Source of the DNA: Oculina patagonica
Taxonomy: Eukaryota
Assembly: GCF_052425735.1 (NCBI RefSeq)
Contig: NC_135769.1
Location: forward strand, 18,538,001 to 18,602,000
Reading direction: 5' to 3'
DNA: 64,000 nt
Shown: positions 1 through 13,300 of the stretch, piece after piece
Position numbering within the stretch: position 1 is the stretch's first letter
Layout: every line of letters begins with the position of its first letter
Program-made: the position numbers and the translations under genes
Notes under the pieces: generated by a model
What the model was told of the DNA's origin: nothing
What the model saw: the letters and a program-made list of their open reading frames with translations, nothing else
Database searches by the model: none

Positions 1-2609
1 TTTCCACGGGTTGTCCCTGTTATTTTCCTTTTAAAAATAAACTGTTCGAAACGTAAAAAGTATATGTGCGTTTTTTAGGCTGAAAAGACACACAGTTTAA
101 ACACATCACATTTCCTCTGCTCTGTTTACTTATGTAACGTCATTAAATGATAAATTCTAAAAGCCTTTCTTGCCCGGCCTCAATTCAAATGATAACAAAA
201 TGATACTATGACGAAAAAGAAAACTCTTGTACTAAACGGTGGAATAAAAATTATAATTTAATTGTATATATTTTTCTCTCTCGATAATGCTAGGCTCGGG
301 AAATACAGCGTTTAAAACGCAGACGCAGTCAAATCAAGAAAATTGCATATGGAATGGATACTGATCAACTTCTTAACAAGACTAATTACATTTCTCTTCT
401 TGACTGCATAAAAGCATAGCCGGTTAGGTGATAATAACTACACCAAAAGAAATGAAAGACTTAACAAACATTCTCTTTCGAACGTCGTAAAATAAAATGA
501 GCATGCAATGAAGTAATTGTCAGACGAAACCGAAATTTAAACTAACACAGAAAATAGAAAACGATTTTTTCTTGAACACAGTTTAAAAGCTACACCCACG
601 TTTATTTCTTGGATTGTTCGTTTGCTGTAAATATTGGATTTTCTTAACCCGGTTCACATCTACCCCGTATAATATCAACTTTCGCTCATGGACTATACCC
701 CAGATGTGTGCTCTTTGCTTTTATCCAGAATCATTCTTTTTTGAGGAATATTTCGTTATGGCTTTGAAATGACTTATACTATGATCTATGCTCAAGGGAG
801 TGTGAAATAATTAGCACTGTCTGAGGGGTTTTTCTCACGTCCTTTGGCTCGTTTTTCTATCGTTCAGTGGAGCACACAGAACAAAGCAAATAAAACGTTC
901 GCTTTTGTCATGCAAACAGCCTTACCTGAACAATGAACCTTTTCAGAATTTAGCCATTTTTTGTTTAGCCAAGTTGCCCATTGTATTGTAGTGTTGCTTC
1001 ATAAGGCTATATATATATTTTTATTATATGTCTCGGATGCCACTGGGCAGTGTGGGTAATTGGAAGTGATACTAGCTTAGCTGTGGGTGGTCATAGAATA
1101 TCCCACAACAGTATGTGGCTATTGATACTTGCAGTAAAAGAAGGTCTTTTCTTCAAAGACTCGTTTAAACACGTTGTATTGATTAATCGTTTTTACTTGT
1201 GAAAATTACGAGTGCTATAATACAATTTAAGCGTTCGGGACACATGGTGGGAAAAGTCTTTAACCGGTTTCCCATTATCTGAGCATATTAACAACAACAC
1301 CAGGCTAGAATTGCCTTGTAAAATAGTCGTGAAAAAGCGGGATTGTTATCATTGTCCTTCCAATGCGCTTTTAAGGTGAGCAAATAAAAAAAAACACACG
1401 ACCCCAATATGTTTCACTCACTTAAGTCAGCGTTTCTTCAATAAACCTCCAGCGAAGAGGGAAACAAGAAATGACAAGACCACCCACTACTAGAACAATG
1501 GCCGCACAATTTCATTTCACAGTATACAAGGAGAACCCATACGGTTCTTTTGTATTGAAGGCGAATATATGAAAGTCAATCAGTATTCTTGGGAGTATTG
1601 TTGCCTAGGTAAAAAGAAAACCGATCGCGGAAGAATCTTCATTTTGACGTGTTATGCCTTTTCGTGGGCGCAAAGTTTCAGAATATGAATATACACGTAG
1701 AATAAGAAGATGCGAGTGAATAAAAAAATGGCTTTGGCCAGATCTTTCCGTTTTTATAAAAAGGAATAAAGGGAGGAATTAAAAAAGCCACAAGTCAACT
1801 CTATAGATTAATTTATAAAACCCTGAAACGCCTTCAGTATAAAAATACAATTATTATATGGTCTTGGTAAATAAAAATATTACAACACACGAGCGCAAGT
1901 AATTGTAAATAACATCGATTTGTAAGTGACATTTTTCAATCCATAATTCACGGCCGTTTTTAAAATCTTTATCGTAATATGACTGCGTAAATTATAAACT
2001 CTAAACTTTAAAAGATATAAATTTTAGGAGAATTCATTTTACATTTATCTCAAGGACAATAAAACAGTACCTGAAGCGCGATATCATTAAACTACAATAA
2101 AGGGGTTTTATCTGAAGCAAATACTATGATCAATGAGTGTTTATTAATCCCTCGTGGTAGAACTGGTAGGAACCCTCACGATTCGCGAATATCGAAATTA
2201 CGGGAGAAAGCGACTAAAATTTCAATACTCTCGAACATTTCTTTCAGATCTGATATTGTTCCAGTCAAAGGAAAGTTTTTAATCCGTATTATCATGAGAG
2301 TAAAAAAAGTTCTTTCGACGCTTATTTCGTGCTGAATTCGCCTACTTGCACATTACCTACGAAGAATGGGTCAACAGTATTCCGATCAGATAAAGATAAA
2401 TTGTTTTTAAAATTACAATAATACGACCTGACCACAGCAGGTACCATGTTGAATCACCAGGCTGGGGTGTAAAAGAACACGCAAACGACTCTGTCATTGT
2501 ACTGCAAGCAACATGAAAACTCAAAAGAATTCAAACGTATATTTTCATCCTTCGTCTTAATAACATGCTTCAGAAAGTTCCTCGTCGAAACGATAAAAGA
2601 ATTAGATAA

Positions 2610-2832
2610 ACTTCGGTAATTTCTTGCCATTCTCTGTCTTTGCTATTCTTTGAACGCACGAGTTAAAATATTAAAAATATCTTTGTTTACTGCAGTAAAC
2701 AAAGATATTTTTAATATTTTAACTCCAAAATCTTTGTTTACTGCAGTAAACATAATATTTTTAATATTTTAACTCCAAAATCGTGCATTCAAAGAATAGC
2801 AAAGACAGAGAATGGCAAGAAATTACCGAAGT
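2610..2832. repeat. Long near-perfect palindrome (foldback) with an internal duplication
   Basis: Arms of about 83 bp centred on ctgcag 2690-2695 with no spacer; a ~50-bp duplication sits in the right arm. Confidence 0.85.
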
Positions 2833-5800
2833 CTTACTAACACCATAATTTGTTAAAATTGGCAACAACTGCGTAGCGTCTTGTACGAGATGAAATAACA
2901 TAATTAAAATTGTTATTGACGCTATAAGTTTTGGTACAATCTTACCGACGTTTCGGCAATACTGCCTTTATAAGGGTGAGCAAAAAACTCACCATAGCCG
3001 AGTTTATGTTGAATTTAGTATGCCGTACCAGTAGAAAATGTTTTTTTTTATCTTGGCGGTACCGAACAGCGTCTCGCATCGCCTTTAAATCTATAGGTTA
3101 CCTTCGATGGCGAGCGATAGTGTGCACTAAGTTTTGTGTTTTTCTGGCAATGGCGAGCCACAGGTAACATGCGAACGACTTGTCCTTGTTAAAAAATATG
3201 CTCTCAAGTTTAGCTATAAACTGATAAAGAATAACAACACTTATCGCAATTTTGCTGCCGTCGTGCACCATGCGGTTGGACTGTCCGCAGTTATGGCAAG
3301 AGTTTGATTCAGTTGGCCATCTCCAGCGCTAGCTTTCTGAACACCGAAAAGCTACCCGGCAGTGCGAATAAAACGCGACCCAAACATCGATAAGAACAAA
3401 CGCGCGCGGTAAATGAGCAACCTTTATTCTTCTCTGCTTGGAGACTTACTAAATATGTTAAAAATTTGTCGAAAACCCTCCTTCGGCAAATGTATCATAG
3501 CAATGCTGTTCGTCTGTGAGGGTGCAAATTCTAAAAATAAAAAGCCTTGTTTTTTTTTTGCTTTACGTACCGCACAATGCCCGATACACGCGGTTCAAAA
3601 TCATGATATTATTCAAGTGTCTCTCTCACCACTATGTTTTTAAAATGAAAAGTGAAGCAGAGGTTCCATTTTGTAAATTCCCTGTACTGCCAAACTGTTG
3701 CTAAGAGGCTAAAACATTAAAAGCCAATATTAAATATCAAAGACGTCGAGTTCAATACATTATACAAAATAAAGGCCGAATTTTTTTTTTAATCTTAGAG
3801 CTTAAAACTACGTTAAATTGTATGGCTATCAAAATTTGTGATGTTTTTTTTTTTTGACAAGAGAGACATGTTACCAGGATTAATTTTCAGTCTGATCCAT
3901 ACTTAATTTAATACCGAAATTTTGCTACACTGGCTTATGATTAGTGACGAGAGACTCTTTGCCGGTAATAACGACTGGCTGCTATCACTGAAGTACATTT
4001 CTCTTTTCCAGCTTAGCGCTCTTTCGTAAAGATTCGGGCGGAAAGGATATAATACAAGTTCTTACAAGGCAGTCTGAAAATAAATTTTTATAGCATAGGA
4101 CCGCGAGCCACAAAGAAAATTGCATCTTCAGGCGACGAAATCTACCTAAGCATGTTGATGATAGTCAATATATTAACGTACTTCGAGTTCATATCTTAAA
4201 AGTATAACACGCGCGATTTTTTTTAACTGAGACAACACGGCTATTAGTGTCGAATGTCTTGGCCAATAAATCTGCATTTTTACTGCAAGGTGATCAATCT
4301 TTTTAGGCCAAGGCCTGTTCGACGAGATGAGTTTCATTCTCTGTCAATGAGGTGCTAGTTTTTTATCGCAAATAAAGTTTAGATGTTTTTCAGCCGGGGG
4401 TTGAATTCACCGGCCTAACTCATTTTTCGGCAGTATGGCTCTCTTGAGCAATAAAAGTGTTGTAGATGACTGTTGTTTCTGAACATATAATTGAATTAAC
4501 AACTTCGCACTGAACTAAAGAAAAGAACTTTACCAACAGAGATGAACGAATTTAAGGCTAAACAAAACACGAGTAAACGACTGATATAAAAGGCTTCCGA
4601 GCGTTTTGTACATAAATACAAGTACAGTACAACAGTAATAGTCTATTATACTTGCACCTACCGCCGACAGCCGCGAGATGCAGAATCCAAACAAAGCCAT
4701 CCAAAACCAAAACCTTGCTGTGTTGTTGAAACAGCTGTGTTAAAACGTGTAGAAAATAAAAAATGCCACAAGCCTGCCATCCTGCCTTGCTTGTAGAACA
4801 ATTAGGCGGATGGATCATTTAACTGGTAACCTTTAGGGGCTGGGGTGATGCGTAAAAAGCAACACTGACCCATACACTAATACTGAACTAGACTCTTGTA
4901 CCCTTTTAATCATATGACGCGGTATTTCTAACTATCTAGCTCAGAGATGAGTGGCTGTCCATAGACATTTTTTCCTGGCAAACGTTTATTACCCTAGTGA
5001 TTAAAGGTCGCTGTTCTAGTACACTGAGGCTTGTATACAAGGACCATAGCAACTGGCATACCCATCGAGAAATTTCACGATGGAAGGCTTTGATATTACA
5101 ACATACAAGCTGAACACGTTCTGTTGCGAGGTATCACTGCTATCTTCAGTGTACATGTCGCCATATGTTTGTTACTTGTTGCAAAGTCAAGATATTAAAC
5201 TATAGCGATGGACAGTTCGCAGTGGACAACTTGTACTTGTAACAAAGTGTTCTACAACTTGGCAGGGCCGGTATACAAAGGACTACAAACGGGCATATAT
5301 AACAAGTTCTTTACAACAGGGAGAACAAGAAATGAAGCAAAAAGTTAAATTAACAAAAGAGTAGATCATGCAGGATGAACGATGTTTCGTCGAAGTGTAA
5401 ATATGCAGCCTGAAAACAGACGGTGAGTTGAACGATAATTCCAAAAATCCAAAGCATAACATTTTTATTGAAAAGCGCGGAAAACGATATTGTTACACTG
5501 GCTTTCATTCATCCTTTTGTAATCTGAAATCTGCCCTTCATAGTGAGTGGCATCAGCACTGGGGGTTCCCTTCAATGTTGAGTTAACTGTCACTTTGTTT
5601 CTCTAACATACAATTCCTCTCAGTAATGCGAGCATGATCATCATTTGAATGGCTCCAGAAGTTGTTATATATTATAACGTCATGGTTATGTGTCATTTAT
5701 TAAATGAATGTTATTATGTCAGTGTAAAAATGTTACAAATAACAGGTGTCAGTCAGCTAGTACGATGAAACAACAAGTTCCTGTACTTTTAAAATCTACC

Positions 5801-6696
5801 ATTTTCGTTATACATGATCAGTTCAATATTTATAAAATGGCTTGCAAACCGAACCGAATTGCCAACCATTCTGAGTAAGTTAAACAGTTATAACAGCGTT
5901 ATAACAAATTCGAATTATAATTCAGACAAAGTTTTTATTCATTCGCATAAGTTAAAACAGTAATTATGCACAACTTGAACAGTTAAACCAAGCTATGATG
6001 AAGGTTTTTCGGGGGTAGCTAAAGCGAGTTCAAGTTATATCCCTCATATTAATATTACGAGAAACAACTAACACATGATCTCAAATTTTATATCCATGCG
6101 CTGGGAATGGAGCCTGATATTACAGAAAGAGGTCTTCCAACTATGTGCATAATTATGGATTTGAGTACAATTCAGTTTAATTCCACTTTAATCCTAATAA
6201 TTGCGTAGCCATTAAAAATGAAATTTTATCAATCATCCATTTGACTCGTTCAAGAAGCACATAAAATTCAGCGCAAGTATGTTTAAAGTCGGGACCTCAA
6301 TTATTAAATTTAAAATATCTTTCCGTGCTTACGTCCGGTAAGGTAATTTAGCTCCTTCCAAAAGCATATAACATCTATCGCAAGTATGTTTAAAGTCACG
6401 TCCCTCAATAATTTAATGAAAAATATCTTTTAACACTTACAAACGAAGAGGTAATTTAAATTTGTTCTGCCTTTATACGAGTGGTGTTATCATCGTGCAA
6501 ATTTATCCCCGCGTTTATTTAACTCTCAGTAGGGGGTTACCTTCTAATGTAAGCTTTATAAGTATGTGCGGCACCAGAGGGTATGATTTTCGAGGCCGTT
6601 TTGGTCTGAAATAGGGAAGGGTTTGTGCGCTCTGGTCATCAGATACGTATAAGTTTTGGAAAAAATATATTTTTTTTATAATTAATGAAGATAAAT

Positions 6697-7110
6697 TTTT
6701 CAACAATGACACGAGCATGGGACATAGAAAAATTCTGAGTCCCCGACGGGAATCGAACCCATGGCCTCCCAGATACCGGTTGGGCGCTCTAACCAACTGA
6801 GCTACGAAGGACTCGTGGTGACCTGGGCCATTTACTAGGTTGATATGTGATACGCGTCCTGTATACTGCTAGGATCAGCGATGTCGAAATCATCAAGTTT
6901 GTAGTAAATAATAAAGATGGTAAATTTTAAGCTAGGTAATTAAAAAGAAGGTGATTTTTTCAACAATGACACGAGCATGGGACAAAGAAAAATTCTGAGT
7001 CCCCGACGGGAATCGAACCCATGGCCTCCCAGATACCGGTTGGGCGCTCTAACCAACTGAGCTACGAGAGACTCGTGGAGAGCTGGGCCATTAACATGGT
7101 TGATATGTAT
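6697..7110 (-). repeat. Tandem pair (~260-bp period) of tRNA-derived SINE-like repeats
   Basis: Minus-strand heads at 6737-6814 and 6997-7074 with A box TAGCTCAGTTGG, B box GGTTCGATTCC and acceptor-like stem gagtcc/ggactc. The anticodon arm is non-canonical. Confidence 0.8.
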
Positions 7111-10100
7111 GTTGGGCCATTTACTAGCATGTTGTTCTTATTCATTTTTGAAGCCTTTGTCAAATGTATAGACAAATCGAAGCAGCCACTGGGTGCAATC
7201 TGGTCTGGAAAAGGGCATCTGTACGATCATGTTTTGGAGTCAGGTCTGAAATATTGTGGAGAAAATCACATATTTTGTTTTGAAATATGGTAAGAGTTTC
7301 AACTCAGGAAACTTGGAGAGTACCCCCTGGATTTTTAAAACTTTTCAGTTCTGTGAGAAATGAAGTGGGAACACACTTCGCGAAATCTAACCCTTCCAAA
7401 GAGAATGATAAACGTCAATTAGGCTACATTTGGAGATGTCAGTTATCCTGCAATGAATCACTACGTATAAAACATGAAACGTGTAAATTACCTTGCATGC
7501 AACTTGTCATTATTCCATTTGTGGGCGATTGGTGGTCTGAAATATTGCGTTGGTGTTTTCAAGAAATAATTTTAAATAATTAGGCCACTCTTATGTTGGA
7601 TATAAGATGAGAGATAGTAACTATGGCGTGCACGATACCCACAGTTGCACAGCATGCCTTGCCTATAGGGGGGGGGGGGAGGAGGGGGTAATCCCAATGG
7701 TGGACTATTCGTTCCATATTGTTCAACTGAATAAAGTAAATATAACACTAAAAGTTTAATATGTTGAGGCTCCGCCCAGAGGTCCAGACCCTTTTAAAAA
7801 CCTTTTATATACTACTATGTTTAAGAGAAAAGGTACTCTTGTCATTAAAGATGTGAATATTAAGTACTCCTTGGAAAATTGTACCCCTTTTCACAAACAT
7901 ACAGTAGAAATATTACATCATTTTTCTATTTTTTTCACTTGAGTAACGCCTTAAGATACTAATATGAATAAGACGTAAGATGCGTCTCCTTGAAATATTT
8001 TTATATTAAACTTGTGAAATCCCTACCGTTTTTCAACCCTCCAGCCCGAAAAAGGTACTCCTTTCGGGCGGAGCCTCACCGAATAGTAACTTCCTTAGAA
8101 GACCCTATTTTACAACAAATACAAAACTAAAGGGTAAAGTTTTAAACTAAGAGGAAAATTATTAGTCTAGTCACCGAAAGAAGTTAAAGCACTTAACTCT
8201 AACCCTTTAACTCCGGCTAAAGGAAAAAATAACAGAAACATCTTTAAAAAAATACAAACTCCATCCATTGAGTTTTGAAAAGTTTTGCGTGCGTAAGAAA
8301 ATTTTTGGTGCGGGCGAGCTTAGATAAATTTAGTGCCCACATGAATGACATACAGGTAAACGACCATCGAAGTCTATTCAAGAAGAGAATTTTTCCGCAG
8401 CCGCAGGTTTCACGTTCATGGTCAAGTAGTCTTGAGAAAGAAAAAGTGTATAAAATAAACTGGACCTTGAAAATGTCTTTCATTTCATTACACGTTACAA
8501 GAAGTACATTCATGAATATTCAAGTTCTAAGAACACTATGCAGCTGAGTAAGCTCTATGTATGAAATCCGGAACACTACTCATAATCTCGTTTAATTTTC
8601 CGTTGTTGCTTTAGAAAAAAAGCTTTACGAGTTACACCGTTCCGACTCTTTTACTGTTTTCTACTTTTTAAACCAGATATAACTAGAAGTCTCGGTGTGC
8701 TGCAATGTGTTTTAAAAGGTGGTTTATCTCCGTAAACATAAGAATGTTTTAGAAGCTCAAACTTACCTCGTTGTTCGAAGACTGTTGAATTAAGCGCTTC
8801 TTATATCCTGGCAGCGAACAAACGCGAAGTGATACGTAAAGAATATGTGATTATTCTGCCAAGTTAAGCTTTCTTAGTGAGCATGAACCCACCATCTTTG
8901 TAGAAACGAAAAATACAAATCTCCAAGCAGTGTGCAGCAAAAGAAAAATGCCAGCCGCGTCAAAAATTTTCCGCCTTTTTTGCGCGACTGGCACCAGTTT
9001 TTCGCGCGCTTTTTTAACCTGATACCAAATGTGGCAGCTGCGATTGCATGCATGTTTTAATAATTTTTTTTTGCATTAAAATGTTTATTCAAAGCAAAAC
9101 CAACAACAGTAAAGGGGAAAATTTGTTTATATTGGTACGATTCAAGCCAAAATTTCAGACGTCTTCTCTGGTCGCTTACTCCCGGATGACGGATATACAC
9201 TGTACCTTGTGGGATTTAAAAACTGACATGTTTTACACTGGGGGGCTTTTTTCGAAGCCTTATCAGTCAATTTGACAGTATTAGGGGTTAGTCACCGAGA
9301 GCAGTACCATTCCTTTAATTGTACGCAAACAAGTATTACTTCACATTGGAAATCGTTAACGAGTTGTTCGTCAAACTTTAAGTTCAACGTAGTTTCCGCA
9401 GTTTTGAGTAACAACCCACCCAGGAAGGCATCGCGTAGTCTTTAATCATGTTTTAGCCGATTTGTTTCTCCGTATGCGTACGTAAATTTATACAATTTCA
9501 AATGAGGAAAAAAACGATGAAAATGCCTGTTTAACTAAGCCTATTTAGTTAGAAAAGAGTTTAACTTAGACCGACTCCTTATCAGGTTTCGATTTTCTTG
9601 AAAAGGCTTCTCAAGAGATATCATGTTACTTAGCAACGCCTAAGGTATCTGAAAGCCTTGGTGGAAGAGGCAGTGGTGAGAGAAACAATAATGTTTCTTT
9701 ATCCATCGAAAGCTGTAATCATAGTTTAAAGCTTGAAGTTATAATTTTCTATATTACTACGGATAATTTCTTTTTTACCGTGAATATCTTGCCCAGAAAC
9801 AAGAACATGACTAACACCTTTCGACGTTTTTTCATTTCAGTCATAAACCGCGAACACAAATTATAATGAAGTGTTTTCTCAGTTTATTTAACACAATACT
9901 GAAAAACTTCTGGTATTTTACGAAGTATAAAACTGTACATATTAAATAGGTACTTTCCTTTTTACAGTTGAATCCAAACAAAAAGTCTATAAATAAATAC
10001 TGCATCCTGTTATATACAAATTTATTTTAACTTAGGCACTGGTGATTTACCAGCTTGTTAGGAATATTTGGCATCAAGTTTAAATTTGTTTTGAACAACT

Positions 10101-10380
10101 GGATTAAACTTTGAGCCATTCTGCTCCCGGCCGTGATTATTTCTTTACTTAACTCTTTTCCAATAGAAACGTTTTGATCTAAGACCGTATTCTCTCCAGG
10201 TGAATTATAGTAAATTTATGAAAAACAGTAGGAGAATTTCCACGCGGATCAAGAAAAAACGTCTATGTCTCTAAGGTTTCATTATAAGTAAGTGTACTGT
10301 TGCCTTGCAGTTCAAACAAGGTTTAATTATATACAGTCGGTTCCGCTTCTTTTGGAACCTCTCTGGCATCTCCCATAAAT

Positions 10381-13300
10381 TCAACTTCTGCGCAAGCCCG
10401 CAGCCTGTTTTGCCGGACGCACAGCAACACCACTCACTGACAGTTCATCCACAGATCTCGTCCCAGTCTTCGGCGGCTTTTTCCTCGGCTTGAGCCTAGG
10501 AGTGGACTGGTTCGAATCGGTGCCGCTAATCTCAGATGGTCCGCGGTATCTCTTTTGAATGGTGTGTCCCTTGCCGTAAGTGACTCCGTATTGGTGGACA
10601 GTCGAGGGTGGAGTCACGTTTGTCCAGAAAGTTTGCAGATCGCCTGAACATTTAAAGGAAAAAGAATTTAAGAGGAAATCCGCCAGGACTTCGAGTAGTT
10701 ATTGGACAAAATTATGTACCAAAACTATTTACACCTAATTGCAAGCTTTTGTGTTTCTGCTTCAAATATCTTATCGAAAGAAATCTTTTCTAACAACACC
10801 AAACATCGAAAACAAAGTTCGAAGTTCCACTGAATTCCCATGAATCGCTTAAGAGATGTGAGCTTTTGCCCATCGCTTGTGAACTTTGAATATCATTTTC
10901 TCAGACTCTGATAAGAAATTGTTGTACCAGAATTATTTCCACCTTATTGCAAACTTTTTTGTTACTGCTTCAAATATCTTATCAAAAGAAATCTTTTCTA
11001 ACAACACCAAACATCGAAAACAAATTTCGAAGTTCCGCTGAATTCCACTGAATCGCTTAAGACGAATTTACAAAATGCCTACACGTGAGATTTTGCCTAT
11101 ACCTTGTGAACTTTGAAATTCATTTTCTCAGACTCTGATAAGAAATTGTTGTTGGTGTTATCACGGATAATTAACTTACATGTTTACCTTTTATTAAGGG
11201 TAGGAAATAACGCAATAGGATTTAAATTATTCTGGTACTTGATTTTTGTCCAACTTCAATAAATATTACTCGACTTCCTAGTGGATTCCGTCTTAAAAAC
11301 TTTCATTATAAAAGTAACAAAACAAAACAGAAGGAATAAGCAAAGAAAGTTGGAAGAGGAAGAGAGGTAGAAGAAGGGGAAAAAGGAGTAAAGGGGCAGA
11401 GAGGTTTGATAACAATAATCATTTTACGTTATAATTTATTTCGACCTTTTCTACCTATGGCCAGACAGCCGACAGTTTTAGAACATTGTCGACTCGTCGA
11501 CAGTTTTAGAACACTAGGCGGTAATTTAAAACGAACCTGGTCCATTATTTAAAGATTTGCATTAACAGTAAAATATTCGTTAGCTTTTGAAATTACAAAA
11601 ATCCCCGTGATACTTTTCCTTTAACATAAGACCACCATGTTACCCATTGTTTGGTTTGGTTTGACCGAGACAAAATTAGCCAGTGAAAACGCGATATTCT
11701 TATAACATAGCGATGAGTTCAGCTGCGCTTAATTAAAGAGAACTTAAACAAAATGAGCCCCGATAGTCAACCTAAGGATAAGTACAGTAATTGAATTGGT
11801 AAATTACGGTGCCAAAACGTCAAAAACGGACCAGTTTTAAAGTTTAAGACATTTTTCGTTTTTTTGTTTTTTTTAAATCGGTACTGAAATTTGTTAAATT
11901 CTCAATCCAAAGTCTAACGCTTAACATTAGAGCAGCATGCCACCCCTTGTTTGGTTTGGTTTGACCGAGACAAAAATATCCAGTGAAAACGCGATAAGTT
12001 TACATCATAGCGATTAGTTCAGCTGCGCTTAATTAATGATGATATTAAACAAGATGGGGATTAGTACAGTAATTGAGTTGGTAAATTTCGGTGTCAAAAC
12101 GTCAAAAAAGGAACAGTTTTAAAGTTAAAGACAATTTTCTTTTATTTTTATTTGGTACTAAAATGATTTAAATTCTTTGCAGCCCCTTTAACGCTTGATA
12201 ACAGTAGTTTTCAAGCAACTTTACATGTTAACATTAAATGCGAACACATGCTATGTTTTAATATTCTTATTCGATTTCTTTTAAAATATTAATTGCTGTA
12301 ACCCAATCTCATTTGCATTTCTCACTTCACTTTGGATAAAACTACCATCTTAAAAGCCACAAAGTAAAACAGAAGAAAAAAAATATAAAAAAAACTTTCC
12401 CATATAATCTAACTTGACCTTATTTAGCATTTTTCACTTTATAATTAGCTGCAGTCACATTTTCGAAAGAAAGGATGGAAAAAAAGGAAGGATGGAAGGA
12501 ATGAAGGAAGTATAGAAAAAGAAGAAGGTAGAAAGAAAAGAAGGAAGGGGTGGAAGTAAGAGAGGGAGGGAGGGGGAAAGAGGGAGAGAGGGAGGCAGGG
12601 GGGGGGGGGAAGAGGGAGGAAATATTTCGAATGAAAGGATCGTAAACCAGTCATGATACTTACCATCTTGTAGATTACTTGCTGCAGAACTCGCCGGTTT
12701 AACTGTTGTCTTTCCACCTTCATGCTCTATACCCTTTACAGGGGTGGGCTTGGAGTTTATTGTTCCTTTTGATCGTCGAGGTCCGCCGGCTTTCCGTCCC
12801 TCCGCGGCCTGTCCTCCATACACTCGATTCCTAGAATTTGATTGAGCCAATGCAGCGGCCACCCTTTGTCTTGCCGCTTCCTGTAATTCCTCCTTGCGCG
12901 TGCGTCGAGGTTTCACTAAACAGACATGATTGTAGCAACTTAGCGTCACAGGCAACTAGCGTCACAGGTATCTCGAATTCAATTTGTACTGACTTCCTTT
13001 TTGCCCAAACATTTTGATCCATTTGCCAACGTCCCTAGACCTTTTATCTACATATCGTGGCCTAACGAACGGAACGCAGAAGTTCCAACAGGGTGTTCAA
13101 ACGGCTGCTGCATTTTGAAACAGTTGTGAATAGTATTGGATCAAAATATTGGGTATTGGGACGTTACTTTGCATCTGGAGTGTTTATCGAATCAGAATTG
13201 GAAATTTTTCTATGTATACTATGGCATAGAAAGTACATGATAAAAACATAAAATAAACATTAACAAACAACAACAACAAAATGAAAGATTGGGACAGTAA

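Noticed and set aside
1-6600. Short ORFs in the left intergenic region
   Set aside because: No recognisable domains and no consistent splice-phase chain; AT-rich non-coding composition.
6737-7074. Functional tRNA genes
   Set aside because: The anticodon arm is non-canonical, and each head sits in a longer duplicated unit, consistent with a tRNA-derived repeat.
12445-12723. Pro/Phe/Ser-rich hydrophobic ORF tails
   Set aside because: Read-through from KIF19 exon 20 into an intronic polypyrimidine/polypurine tract past the donor at 12663.
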